DNA from: an uncultured Alphaproteobacteria bacterium
Lineage (GTDB): Bacteria > Pseudomonadota > Alphaproteobacteria > Acetobacterales > Acetobacteraceae
Direction: 5' to 3'
DNA: 64,000 bases
NCBI GenBank assembly: GCA_963735225.1
Contig: CAVTKE010000012.1
Span: forward strand, 516,820 to 580,819
The stretch's first letter is position 1; every line of letters begins with the position of its first letter. The notes under the pieces are model-generated. The model did not search any database. It was not told where the DNA came from and was given only the letters and a program-made list of their open reading frames with translations. Position numbers and translations under genes: made by a program. Positions 1-10,600 of this stretch are shown here, piece by piece.

Positions 1-351
1 GACGAAGCCGAGCGCGCCGTAGCCCAGCGTGACGAACAGCACCGCCCAGACATAGCCGTTGCGCAGATCGACCCACAGCAACGTCGAGACGCGTCAGCGC
101 CGACAGGATCAGCACGCCGCCCATGGTGGGCGTGCCCTTCTTCTCGATCAGATGCCGCTCCGGCCCGTCGGGGCGGATCGGCTGGCCGCTGCGCTGCACC
201 GACTTCAGCCAGCGGATCACCGTCGGGCCGAGCAGCAGGCTGATGACCAGCGCGGTCAGGCAGGCAGCGCCCGACGCGGAACGTGATGTAGCGGAACAGG
301 TTGAACAGGATGAACTGGTCGGCGAGCGGGCGGGAGAGATTGATACAGCAT
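1..351 (-). CDS. mraY: phospho-N-acetylmuramoyl-pentapeptide transferase MraY, N-terminal part; gene runs off the window start
   Basis: Reverse translation from ~349 gives [24 protein letters not shown]..., the MraY N-terminal signature. The ATG overlaps the murF stop as TGATG. A frameshift is present. Confidence 0.7.
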
Positions 352-1755
352 CAGCGCGTCTCCGCCGATGGCTGCTTCCAGCGCCTGCACGATGAGTCTT
401 CATCCGGCTGCCCAGGCTGCCCTTGACCAGGATCGCGTCGCCCGGCGCGCACCGCGGCCGCGACGATCGGTGCGAGCGCCGCCGAGTCGGCGGCATGGGC
501 GCCGCGCTGTGCGGCGGGCAACGGCGTCGAACAGCCACGCGCATCAGCGGGCCGCAGGCGAACAGCAGGTCGGCGGCTGGCGGCGACGTCGGCGGCCAGC
601 GCGGCATGCTCGCGCGGCCCGTCCTCGCCCAGTTCCAGCATGTCGCCCAGCACCGCGACGCGGCGCGTCGCCGGCTGCAAGGCGCAGCACCGCCAGCGCG
701 GCGCGCACCGACGACGGCGTAGGCGTTGTAGCTTTCGTCGAGCAGCAACGCGGTGCCGCCGGGCAGGGCGATGCGGCGCCGCGCGCCGCGCCCGGCCATC
801 GGCGCGAAGCTCGGCAAGGGCGGCGGCGCGACCGGCGCGGGTCGAGCGCCGAGCGCCGTCGGCGGCCGCCAGCGCGGCGACGGCGTTGATCGCCATGTGG
901 CGCCCGGGCGCATGCCAGCCGGATGTCGCAGCTCCGCTCGCCGATCGAGGCAGCGGTCGACGATCGCTGCCATCCGCGTCCGCTCGCGACATCGAGCAGT
1001 CGCGCGTCGGCCGTCGGCACTGGTGCCGAACAGCCTGACGTCGCTCGCATGCGCGCAGCAGGCGCGGCAGCATGCGCGGAATCGGCCGGCAGCACCGCGA
1101 TGCCGCCCGGCTCCAGCCCGTCGATGATCGCGGCCTTCTCGTCGGCGATCGCCTCGATGCTGCCGAGATGGCCGATATGCGCCGGCTCGACGTTGGTGAT
1201 CAGCGGCGACATGCGGCCGCGCCAGGCGGGCGAGCGGCAGGATTTCGCCGGCGTGGTTCATGCCGATCTCGACGACCGCGAACGCGGCGTCGGCCGGCAG
1301 CCGCGCCAGCGTCAGCGGCACGCCCCAATGGTTGTTGTAGCGAGGCCTCGGCCGCGTGGGTCTGGCCCTGCGGCGGCCAGGATGGCGCGCAGCATTTCCT
1401 TGGTCGTGGTCTTGCCGACGCTGCCGGTCACCGCCGACCAGCCGGCCGGTGAAGCGCGCGCGCGCGAAGGCGCCGAGCCCGCGCAGGCCCGCCAGCGTGT
1501 CGCCGACCTGCAGCAGCGGCGCGTCGTCCGGCAGGCCGTCGGGCAGTGATGGACCAGCGCGCCGGCGGCGCCGCGGGCGAGGGCGTCGGCGACGATGGTC
1601 GTGGCCGTCGCCGTTCTCGCCGACCAGCGCGACGAACAGATCGCCCGGGCGCAGCGTGCGGGTGTCGATCGAAACGCCGGTGGCGTGCGAACGGGCGTGC
1701 GCAGGCAGCCGGCGGTGGCCGCCAGCATGTCGCGCGGAGTCCAGAGCGCGGTCAT
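351..1755 (-). CDS. murF: UDP-N-acetylmuramoyl-tripeptide--D-alanyl-D-alanine ligase MurF (frameshifted)
   Basis: ORF fragments carry [18 protein letters not shown] at the N-terminus, then [38 protein letters not shown] and [20 protein letters not shown]. These motifs sit in at least 3 frames. The start makes an ATGA overlap with the murE stop. Confidence 0.8.
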
Positions 1756-3221
1756 GCGGCGCCAACCAGCCGGCGAACCGTGTCGACGTCGTCGAACGGG
1801 ATGAACCACGCCGCCGATCGTCTGGCCCTGCTCGTGGCCCTTGCCGGCGACCACCAGCACGTCGCCGGCGCCGAGGTCGTTCAGCGCCGCCTCGATGGCC
1901 GCGGCGCGGCCGCCGATCTCGCGGGCGCCGGGGCAGGCGGCGCAGCACGGCGGCGCGGATCGTCGCCGGATCCTCGCCGCGCGGGTTGTCGTCGGTGACG
2001 ATGTCCGGTCGGCGAGCCGGGCGGCGGCGTCGCCCATCAGCGGCCGCTTGCCGCGGTCGCGGTCGCCGCCGGCGCCGAACACGACGTGCAGCCGTCCGGC
2101 GGTGTGCGGCCGCAGCGCCGTCGAGCAGCCGCTCCAGCGCGTCCGGCGTGTGGGCATAATCGACATAGACGGCCGCACCGTTCGCCAGCCGCGCCGCCAG
2201 CTCCATGCGGCCGCGCACGCCGGTCAGCGCCGGCAGATGGTCGAGCGCGGCGGCAAGCCCGGTGGCCAGGGCGAGGGCGGCGGCCAGCAGCGCGTTGTCC
2301 GCCTGGAAGCGGCCCGGGCAGGTTGAGCTTCACGCTGCGGCGGAGTCCCGCTGACCTCGATCTCCAGCAACTGCCCATCGGTCTGCGGCTCGGCGCGAAG
2401 GAGGCGGATGGCGGTACCGCCGGTGCCGACGCTGGACAGACGCAGCCGCCGCCGTTCGCGCGATCTCGGTCAATTCCCGCATGGTCGTGGCGTCGAGCGC
2501 TGTGCTGGCGAACGCCGGCGCACCTTGCGGCAGCAGCTCGGCGAACAGCCGCAGCTTGGCGCGTCGATAGCAGGCCATCGGTGCCGTGATAGTCCAGGTG
2601 GTCGCGGGTGAGATTGGTGAAGGCGCCGGCGCCGAGGCGCACCCCGTCCAGGCGGAACTGGTGCAGCCCGTGCGAGGACGCCTCGATCGCCGCGTGCTGG
2701 ACGCCCGCCTGGGCGAGCCGCGCCAAGTTGCCGGCGAGCGCCACCGGGTCGGGCGTGGTGAGGCCCGGCCCCGGCTCAAACCCGGGTGCGACGAGGCCGA
2801 GCGTCCCCAGGCTGGCGGCCGGCTTGCCGGCGAGCGTCCAGAGCTGACGGAGGAATTCGACCGTGCTGGTCTTGCCGTTGGTGCCGGTGACGGCGACCAC
2901 CGTCGCCGGTTGCGCACCGGCCAGGGTGGCCGCGATCTGGGCGAGGAGGCGGCGCGGTTCGGCATCGTGCAGCAGCGGGCAAGGCGGGACACCGGCCGGC
3001 CAGGCGGTGCCCTGTGGCGCCAGGACCGCGACGGCACCGCGGGCAACCGCGTCGGCGATGAAGTCGCGGCCGTCGCTGTGCGTGCCGGGGAGGGCCGCGA
3101 ACAGGAAGCCGGGCGCCACCTCGCGGCTGTCGGCGGTCACGCCGCGCAGGTCGAGCGCTGCTGCATCCCCCCAGGCCGCCGGCATGTCGGGCCGCGCGCG
3201 CATGATCTCAGCGATCCGCAA
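1752..3221 (-). CDS. murE: UDP-N-acetylmuramoyl-L-alanyl-D-glutamate--2,6-diaminopimelate ligase MurE (frameshifted)
   Basis: N-terminal ORF 2037..3221 carries [15 protein letters not shown] and the Mur ligase central domain. The C-terminus carries [18 protein letters not shown]. The string catcccgttcgac near 1800 reads HPVR where HPFDD is expected, i.e. a 1-bp insertion in a C run. Confidence 0.85.
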
Positions 3222-3224
3222 CGA

Positions 3225-5142
3225 CGTGGCCCGCGCCCGCCGGGCCGGGCAGGACGAGGCTCGCCTCGTGCCGCAGGTCGCGCGGCGGCGGGGGCGTCAG
3301 CACCGCCGGCACGGTTGCGGCCGGCGCGTGCGGCGCGGGCAAGGCGGGGGCGGCGGCGATCGGCGGCCCGGCGGGATGCGGCGCCGCCTGGATCATGGGC
3401 TTGCCAACCGCGCCGGCCGCGCTGACCGCGCCGGCGGGGCGGCCGGGCTGCAGCGGAATGGCGAGCTGCGGCGTTGATCGTGGGGGCGTCGGCCAGATCC
3501 GGCAGCAGCCCGAGCATCGGCGCCACGCGCGCGATGACGTGCCCGACCGATGGCGCGATCACCCAGCCGGCGGTGGCGTAGCCATGCGTGCTGGCATTCG
3601 CCTTCGGTTCGTCGAGCATCATGTAGACGGCGTAGCGCGGCGCGTTCATCGGAAACGCGCTCATGAACGCCGCCACGTTGGCATGCTTGTTGTAGCCTTT
3701 GTGGGTGATCTTCTCGGCGGTGCCGGTCTTGCCGCCGACGTAGTAGCCGGGCACTTCCGCGGGCTTGCCGTAGCCGTCGGTGACGACGAGCCGCATCAGC
3801 TTGCGCACCGTGTCGGAGGTGGATTGCTGCATCACCCGGATTCCCTGGCGCGGCGCTGCGGTCGGGTCGGCGGCGAGGATGGTCGGGCGGAACAGGGTGC
3901 CACCATTGGCGATCGCGGCCGTGCCGGTCACCACATGCAGCGGCGACACCGCGATGCCGTGGCCGAAGCCGATGGTCAGCGTCGCGATCTCTTTCCAGTT
4001 GGCGGCGGCCGGCGCCAGCGGCAGGCCGGCTTCCGGCAGTTCGATGCCGATGCGCGACAGCATGCCCATGCGGTCCATCCAGGCGCGCTGCTTCTCCGCG
4101 CCCACCGCCTCGGCCATCCGCGCGGCGCCGATATTGGAGGAATAGGCGAGGATCTCCGGCAGATACAGCCAGCGATGCTTGCCCTCGAAATCGCTGATGG
4201 TGAAGCGGCCGATATGGATCGGCGCGGTGGCGTCGAAGCCGTTCCAGATCTGCACCGTGCCGGTGTCCAGCGCCAAGGCCGCGTCCTGCAGCTTGAAGGT
4301 GCTGCCCGGCTCGTACATGCCGGTGACGGCGCGGTTGAAGCGGTCGTCCGGCGGGGCCTGGCCGATCAAGTTGGCGTCGTAGTCGGGCAGGCTGACCATG
4401 GCGAGCACTTCGCCGGTGCGCACGTCCATGACGATGCCGCAGGCGCCGATGGCGTTGAAATCGGTCATCGCGCGGGTCAGCTCGTCGCGCACCACCGCCT
4501 GCACCCGCACATCGAGCGACAGGCGCAGCGGCTGCGGATCGTCGCGCAGGCGCTGGTCGAAGAACCGCTCGACCCCGGCGACGCCGCGGCCGTCGACGTC
4601 GACGCCGCCGAGCACCTGGGCGGCGACGCGGCCGAGCGGGTAGCGGCGGCGCTCGGTCGGCTCGAAATCGATGCCGGGGATGCCGAGCGCGTTGATCTGC
4701 AGTTGCTCGCGCGGCGTGATCTGGCGGGCGAGGTAGACGAACTGCTTGGTCGGATCGGACAGCCGCTTGCGCACGTCGGCTTCGTCGAGCCTCGGCAGCA
4801 CCGATTTCAGCTTGGCGACGCGTCGGAATCGATGTCGAACATCTCGCGCGGATTGGCGATAGACGCTGGCGGTGGGCAGCGAGATCGCCAGGATCTCGCC
4901 GTTGCGGTCGGTGATCGTGGCGCGCGCGGGCGGGGGCCGAAATCATGACGAGGCGGCGGGGTCGCTGCCGGCACGCCCGGCTCGGCGGTGGCGGCGGCGG
5001 GTCCGGGCGGCGCAGGCGGCGCCACGGGCTTCGGCAACATCGGCTCGATGACGGTGGCGTCGGCGAGCTTCAGCACCACGGCGCCGAACAGGAGCGCGAA
5101 CACCGAAGCGGCCAGCACCAGCCGCGAGCGCGACTTCTCCAT
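3225..5142 (-). CDS. ftsI: peptidoglycan D,D-transpeptidase FtsI (PBP3), frameshifted; start approximate
   Basis: ORF 3137..4801 is a full transpeptidase domain, with ...GIVMDVRTGEVLAMVSLPDYDAN... and the STFK, SSN and KTGT motifs. The N-terminal TM segment (MEKSRSRLVLAASVFALLFGAVV) lies in another frame near 5140. The ANPREMFDID region shows a 1-bp indel. Confidence 0.8.
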
Positions 5143-5699
5143 CGCGGCGCGGCGCGCCAGGTCCGGCGCGGTGACGCGGATCGTTCTCCATGCGCGGCAC
5201 GGCGCCGGCCTGCGGCGCACCGAAGCGGCGCGCCGGCGTCGGCGGGCGAAGGGGACGGGGCCGTCGCTGCACCGGCCGCCCGTCGGGCGAGGATTGGGAG
5301 GCGAAGACGGAACGGCGGCGTCGCCGTGCCGCGGGCCATGCCGAGCGCCGAGCCGACCACCGGCGATCCGAGTTCGGCCGGGACGTCGCGGCGATGCGGG
5401 CGTCGGCTGACGGCGGACCGGCGGCGCTCGGACGGGCGGCAGGCCGCGACCGGGTGGTGACCGGCGATCCGGGCCGGAGCGGCGCTGGCGGCGGGCGGCT
5501 GCGGGTGCCCGCTGCCGGCGGGTCGGGCGATGGCGCTGGCGCCGGCACCGGCTCGCGACGGACCGGCACGGGGCGCGGCGCCGCCGCCGGCACGGCGGCG
5601 CGGCGGCCCCGACGCGGGGGCACGGCACGGGGCGGCCACTGCCGACGCACGGCGACGCGGGCGGCGGTGTCGGGAGGCGACGGCTCGGGCCGGGGCGGC

Positions 5700-6096
5700 T
5701 CGGTCGTGGGCGGGCTCGGCGACCGCGCGGCTCGAATGCGGCGTCGGCACTCGGCCACGGCGTCGGGCCTCGGCCGGAGCCGGCGTCGGCGGCGGCGGGG
5801 CGCCGATCGGCGGGCAGGCGGCGCTCGAGGTCGGCCCAGCGTGGAGAACTGGCCGGGGGCGGTGTTCTTCAGCGTCGGCAGCAGATGCTCGGACAGGTCC
5901 GCCGAGCCGCGAGGGATCGTTCAGCAGCGCGTATTCCGCGCGCAGCAGGCCGGCGCGTGCGCGGGCGGCGTCGGTGGCCTTCAACGTGCGGCGCGATCTC
6001 GCGGTCGAGCATCTGGGCGCTGATGCTTGGTCTGGTAGAGATACAGGCCGGAGCCGGCGGCGAGGACGAGGCAGATGCAGGTGAACGGGCGGATCA
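5700..6096 (-). CDS. ftsL: cell division protein FtsL (frameshifted; 3' boundary uncertain)
   Basis: [26 protein letters not shown] is followed, in shifted frames, by AQMLDREIA and LKATDAARARAGLLRAEYALLNDPSRL, the typical alphaproteobacterial FtsL. The position between rsmH and ftsI fits. Confidence 0.55.
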
Positions 6097-7082
6097 TCGG
6101 CGCGTCGCTTCCGGCCGGGACGGGTCGAGTGAGGCAGCCGCTCGATCGCGCGCAGCCGGGCGCTGCGGGCGCGCGGATTGGCGGTCGGTTTCGGCGTCGC
6201 CGGGCCGCAGCGCCTTCGGGGTGACCAGGCGGAAACGCCGCGGCCGGGCGCCGTCCAGGCCGCGCGGATCGTGGCGCGACGGCGCCGGCGCGCGGCCGGC
6301 GACGCTCGGTCATGAAGCGCTTGACCAGCCGGTCCTCCAGCGAATGGAACGACGACCACGACCAGCCGGCCGCCCGGCGCGAGCAGATGCGGCCGCCTGC
6401 TCCAAGCGCGCGCTCGATCTGGCCGAGCTCGTCGTTGACGCGGATGCGCAGCGCCTGGAAGCTGCGGGTTGCCGGATCGATGCCGGAACGGTCCGGGCGG
6501 CGACGCACCGCGCGGATGATCGACGGCGAGCCGGCCGGTGGTGGTGATCGGCGCCGATCGGCGCGCGCGGCGACGATGGCGCGGGCGATGCGGCGCGACA
6601 GCGCGTTCCTCGCCGAACTGATACAGCGTGTCGGCGAGTTCCTGCTCGCGGCAGGGTGTTCACGAGGTCGGCGGCGGTCGGGCCGTCGCGCGCCCATGCG
6701 CATGTCGAGCGGCCCGTCGGCGCGGAAGCTGAAGCCGCGCGCGGGATCGTCGAGCTGGAACGAGGAGACGCCGAGATCGAGCACGACGCCATCGAGCGAC
6801 GGTCACGCCGGCGCCGGCGAGCAGCGCGACCATGTCGCCGAAGCTGCCGTGCAGCAGATGCAGCCGGCCGGGATGGCGGGCGGCCAGCGCGGCGCCGCGG
6901 GCGATGGCGTCGGGATCGCGGTCGATCGCCCACAAGGTGCAGTCGACGGCGCCGAGGATCGCCGCCGCATAGCCGCCGCCGCCGAACGTGCCGTCGAGAT
7001 AGACGCCGCCGTCGCGCGGCGCCAGGGTGGCGAGCATCTCGTGCAGCATCACCGGAACGTGGCCGGGCTCGAGGCGCTGCAT
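6097..7082 (-). CDS. rsmH: 16S rRNA (cytosine1402-N4)-methyltransferase RsmH/MraW (frameshifted)
   Basis: N-terminus reads [45 protein letters not shown]. The C-terminus in another ORF reads [12 protein letters not shown] and [16 protein letters not shown]. Confidence 0.85.
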
Positions 7083-7084
7083 GG

Positions 7085-7564
7085 CGAGTCGCGGCCATGA
7101 CGGGGCCGCCGGCAGGGTCAGGTTGCGCGCGAGCGTGCGCGCGCGCGCCTGCGGCGCGGCGGCGCTCCAGCGCCGCGGGTTCCCAGATCTCGAACTTGCG
7201 GCCGAGGCCCACGAACACCACGGCGTCGGCGAGCCCGGCATGGGCGGCGAGTTCGGCCGGCAGCACGATGCGGCCCTCCTCGTCCGGTTCGAGCGGGGCG
7301 GCGTCGGCGTAGAACGTGAAGGCGAGGTCGTCCTGGTCGTCGCTGAACATGTCGAGGCGCTGCATCGGCGGCGCCGAGCGCGCTGAAGGCCGCGGCCGGC
7401 CAGCCCTCGATGCAGGGCTGCTTGTGCGACGGACGCAGGATCGAGCCTTGCGGCCTCGATCGGAAGCGGCACCTGCTTCGATGCGCAGCACGGAACGGCG
7501 CGGGGATGGAAACCCGGCCCTTGGCGTCCAGCCTGTTCGTATGGGTGCCCATGAATTGGGTCAT
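7085..7564 (-). CDS. mraZ: transcriptional regulator MraZ (frameshifted)
   Basis: Starts [26 protein letters not shown]. The second half, in another frame, reads [50 protein letters not shown]. Confidence 0.85.
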
Positions 7565-7688
7565 CCGGCCGGGTCAGCCCTCTCAAATCGTTCGCCTGCC
7601 TCGCGACTCGCGCTGTGATCCAGACGGGCGGCGGAGCCGCTACCTCCACCCATCCTGCGGCCTCCCATGGGTGCGCTTGGGCCAGTCC

Positions 7689-7725
7689 ATGGGAAATCAT
7701 GGGATATCATGGGAAGTCTGGGACG
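7689..7725. promoter_or_regulatory. putative MraZ operator / Pmra region: four direct TGGGA repeats at ~10-bp spacing upstream of mraZ
   Basis: The sequence cATGGGAaatcATGGGAtatcATGGGAagtcTGGGAcgtc lies 125-160 bp upstream of the mraZ start. In E. coli, MraZ binds direct TGGGN repeats in Pmra. Confidence 0.55.
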
Positions 7726-7897
7726 TCAAAGGGAATATCGGTCGCGTACGGGGTCAAATTTTGGCTGATTTCAGGCGTTGTTCAGGAGGTTAGATGGCTT
7801 CGATATGCGGTCTTAAGGTGGTCATTAACCTAATGTTCGCGGCGCGTTCTTGATTTGATCGCTTAACTGATCCAGTTCGGGCGAAACTTCGGTAAAA

Positions 7898-8334
7898 GTG
7901 CCAGACGGCCTGTAAGCCGGGTTCTGTCCGCCCGCGAGGATTTCGCCTCACGGACGGGACGACCATTCCTCTGGGACGCGCATCGCTGCGCGCCTCACGC
8001 GACCAACCCGGGCGACGGGGCGGGAATGCCCCTGCGTCCATTCCGGTTACTCGCGCGGCTGACTCGCCGGCCGCCCCTATTCGGTCTTGCTCCCGGTGGG
8101 GTTTACCCTGCCGCCGCCGTTACCGGAGGCGCGGTGCGCTCTTACCGCACCGTTTCACCCTTGCCCGCGGGACCGGTCCTGACGTGGACCGCCAGCGCGG
8201 GCGGTTTGTTTTCTGTGGCACTTTCCCTGGGGTCGCCCCCGCCGGCCGTTAGCCGGCACCGTATTCCCGTGGAGCCCGGACTTTCCTCCACCGGGATCTT
8301 ACGCTCCGACAGCGGCCGTCCGGCCGTCTGGCGC
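7898..8334 (-). ncRNA. rnpB: RNase P RNA (bacterial type A), rnpB
   Basis: The reverse complement contains GGAGGAAAGTCCGGGCTCCACGGGAA, GGGTGAAACGGTGCGGTAAGAGCGCACC, AGCAAGACCGAATAGGGG and GACAGAACCCGGCTTACAGG. The P1 helix ends ccagacggcc / ggccgtctgg pair. Confidence 0.93.
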
Positions 8335-8535
8335 CGGTGAAATGCGCTCACGGCCGGGTTGCGTCAACCATCTGAGAGACGGTTTGATAATTCTACTCTG
8401 CCGGCCCTCCAACGCGGCTTTCTGCGCTTCCGGTGCTCACGGACCTCATGTCCGCTCCGCTCCAGTTCTCAAAAGCCACGCCGCAGGACTCGGCAGAGCG
8501 AATTCTCAAACGGTCTCTGAGCAGAATTCGGCTGC

Positions 8536-9321
8536 CTACAATCCACGCTCGCGCTTGATCCGGTCCCACGCGGCGTTGATCCGTGCCACCTTGTCGCCGG
8601 CACGGTCGATGAATTCCTGCGGCACGCCGCGGCTGGCCAGGCTGTCCGGATGGTTCTCGCGCATCAGCTTGCGCCAGGCGAGGCGGACCTGCTCATCGCC
8701 GATGCCGCGGGCGACACCCAGGATGGCATAGGGGTCTTCGTCGTCGCTGCTGCGGCGGGTCTGCGCGTCGCGCGCCCGGGCCCAGGAATCGGCGGCAAGG
8801 CCGAAGCCGCGGCAGGTCGCCTGCAGGAAGGTTTCCTCGGCGCGATTCACCGGGCCATCGGCGCGGGCGATCGCGAACAAGGCCGCCAGCACGTCTTCCA
8901 GCACGCCGCGGTTGTCGGCGAAGGATCGGCCGAGTTGGGCCGCGATCTCCTCATAGCTGTCGGCGCTGTCGCGGGCGTGGTCGAACAGCCGGCCGATGTC
9001 GCGCGCCGCTTGCTGCGGAATGCGGAAATGCCGCTTGAAGGCGTCGATTTCCGCCCGCACCACCGGCCCATCGCATTTCGACAGCTTGGCCGACAGCATC
9101 ACCACGCCGATGGCGAAAAGCTGGTCGCGGTTGCCCAGCATCGCCGCCACCCGGGTCGGGCTTGCCATGTTGGAGATGCCGATCCCGGGCATGCGAAACA
9201 TCGACCCGGCCTGGCCGAGACCGCCGCTCTCCGCCGCATGGCCGAGTGCCGCCCCAACCACCGCGCCGAACGGCCCGCCCATGGCGAAGCCCGCCACGCC
9301 ACCGAGCAGCTTGCCCCACAT
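8536..9321 (-). CDS. djlA: DjlA-like co-chaperone (TM segment + TerB-like domain + C-terminal J domain)
   Basis: Single intact ORF. The N-terminus MWGKLLGGVAGFAMGGPFGAVVGAALG is hydrophobic. The C-terminus DPYAILGVARGIGDEQVRLAWRKLMRENHPD is a J domain with the HPD motif. Confidence 0.8.
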   Translation of the reverse strand: MWGKLLGGVAGFAMGGPFGAVVGAALGHAAESGGLGQAGSMFRMPGIGISNMASPTRVAAMLGNRDQLFAIGVVMLSAKLSKCDGPVVRAEIDAFKRHFRIPQQAARDIGRLFDHARDSADSYEEIAAQLGRSFADNRGVLEDVLAALFAIARADGPVNRAEETFLQATCRGFGLAADSWARARDAQTRRSSDDEDPYAILGVARGIGDEQVRLAWRKLMRENHPDSLASRGVPQEFIDRAGDKVARINAAWDRIKRERGL

Positions 9322-9508
9322 CAGTGCCGGTCCTGCTCGCCGCGTCGTGCTGCGTACATGCCGATTTCCTACCATGCCGGGTTCGTCCGGCAAACCTCCC
9401 GGCCGTGCCTCCAGTTTCCCCGCGCGCATCGCCGCGTGAGATTTGGTTGACAAAAGCAAGCAAATAATTGGCTATGGCAGTAAATTGTCGGACGACGGAG
9501 ACAGGGGC

Positions 9509-10444
9509 ATGGAAAACGGTGATCTCGCAAGCCGCATCCAGGCGGTACGTCGCTTCAGCCGCTTCTACACGCGCCAGATCGGGGTGCTGCATGAGGGGTT
9601 GCTGGGCGGTACGCTGTCGTTGACCGAAGGGCGGATCATCTACGAACTGGCGCAGTCCGGCGAAACCACCGCGGCGCGGCTGGGCGGCGAGCTCGGCCTC
9701 GACACCGGCTATCTCAGCCGCCTGTTGCGTGGTTTCGAGGAACGCGGCCTGATCGAGCGGCGGCGCTCGGACACCGACGGCCGGCAGAGCGTGCTGTCGC
9801 TGACCGATGCCGGCCGGCAATCCTTCGCGGCGATGGACGCCCGTTCCTGCGCCGAGGTGCAAGCGATGCTGGCGAAGCTGAACACCGAGGATCAGCGGCG
9901 GCTGGTGGCAGCATTGGTCACGGCGGAGGCGCTGCTTGGCGGCGACACTGCGCCGACAGCGAAAATCGCCTATCTCCTGCGGCCTCCGCAACCCGGCGAC
10001 CTCGGCTGGGTCGTGCACCGGCAGGCGTTTCTGTATGCCGAGGAATATGGCTGGGACGAACGGTTCGAGGCGCTGCTCGCCGAGATCGTCGCCAAGTTCA
10101 TCCAGGAGTTTGATGCGAAATGCGAACGCTGCTGGATCGCCGAGTGCGACGGGAAAATCATCGGATCGGTATTCGTGGTCCGGCAGTCGGACGAGGTCGC
10201 CAAGTTGCGCATGCTATATGTCGAGCCGCAAACCCGTGGCCTCGGCATTGGCCGCCGCCTGGTCGAGGAGTGCGTTCGCTTCGCCAGGCAGACCGGCTAT
10301 TCGCGAATCACCCTGTGGACCAACGACATCCTGACCGCCGCCCGGCAGATCTATCAACGCGCCGGCTTCCGGCTGGTGGCGGAAGAACATCACCACAGCT
10401 TCGGCCACGACCTGGTCGGGGAGAACTGGGAGCTGGAGTTGTGA
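9509..10444 (+). CDS. bifunctional MarR-family HTH regulator / GNAT N-acetyltransferase
   Basis: Intact ORF. The N-terminal half is MarR-like (LTEGRIIYELAQSGETTAARLGGELGLDTGYLSRLLRGFEERGLIERRRSDTDGRQ). The C-terminal half is GNAT (KLRMLYVEPQTRGLGIGRRLVEECVRFARQTGYSRITLWT). Confidence 0.8.
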   Translation: MENGDLASRIQAVRRFSRFYTRQIGVLHEGLLGGTLSLTEGRIIYELAQSGETTAARLGGELGLDTGYLSRLLRGFEERGLIERRRSDTDGRQSVLSLTDAGRQSFAAMDARSCAEVQAMLAKLNTEDQRRLVAALVTAEALLGGDTAPTAKIAYLLRPPQPGDLGWVVHRQAFLYAEEYGWDERFEALLAEIVAKFIQEFDAKCERCWIAECDGKIIGSVFVVRQSDEVAKLRMLYVEPQTRGLGIGRRLVEECVRFARQTGYSRITLWTNDILTAARQIYQRAGFRLVAEEHHHSFGHDLVGENWELEL

Positions 10445-10600
10445 CGGCCCGCGCATAACGCCCTGCAAGCCCGCCAGGCGGTCGGGCGCGGGGAATTGCC
10501 TGTCGATCCGAGTCCATTGATAAAGCTTCTCTATCTTGCCGTCGCTTGCTACGCCGCAGGCGCGCCAGCATTCTCCGGCCGCAACGCAGCTGGATGAGAA

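Noticed and set aside
1356-2326. Long Arg/Ala-rich ORFs on the plus strand across murE/murF (e.g. 1356..2159, 267 aa), and similar antisense ORFs throughout (e.g. 3395..4948 opposite ftsI)
   Set aside because: Stop-poor antisense frames are typical of ~70% GC DNA. The opposite strand encodes well-conserved proteins.
7615-7833. 72-aa ORF in the mraZ-rnpB spacer
   Set aside because: It lies in the AT-rich promoter/operator region, has no homology signature and overlaps the MraZ boxes.
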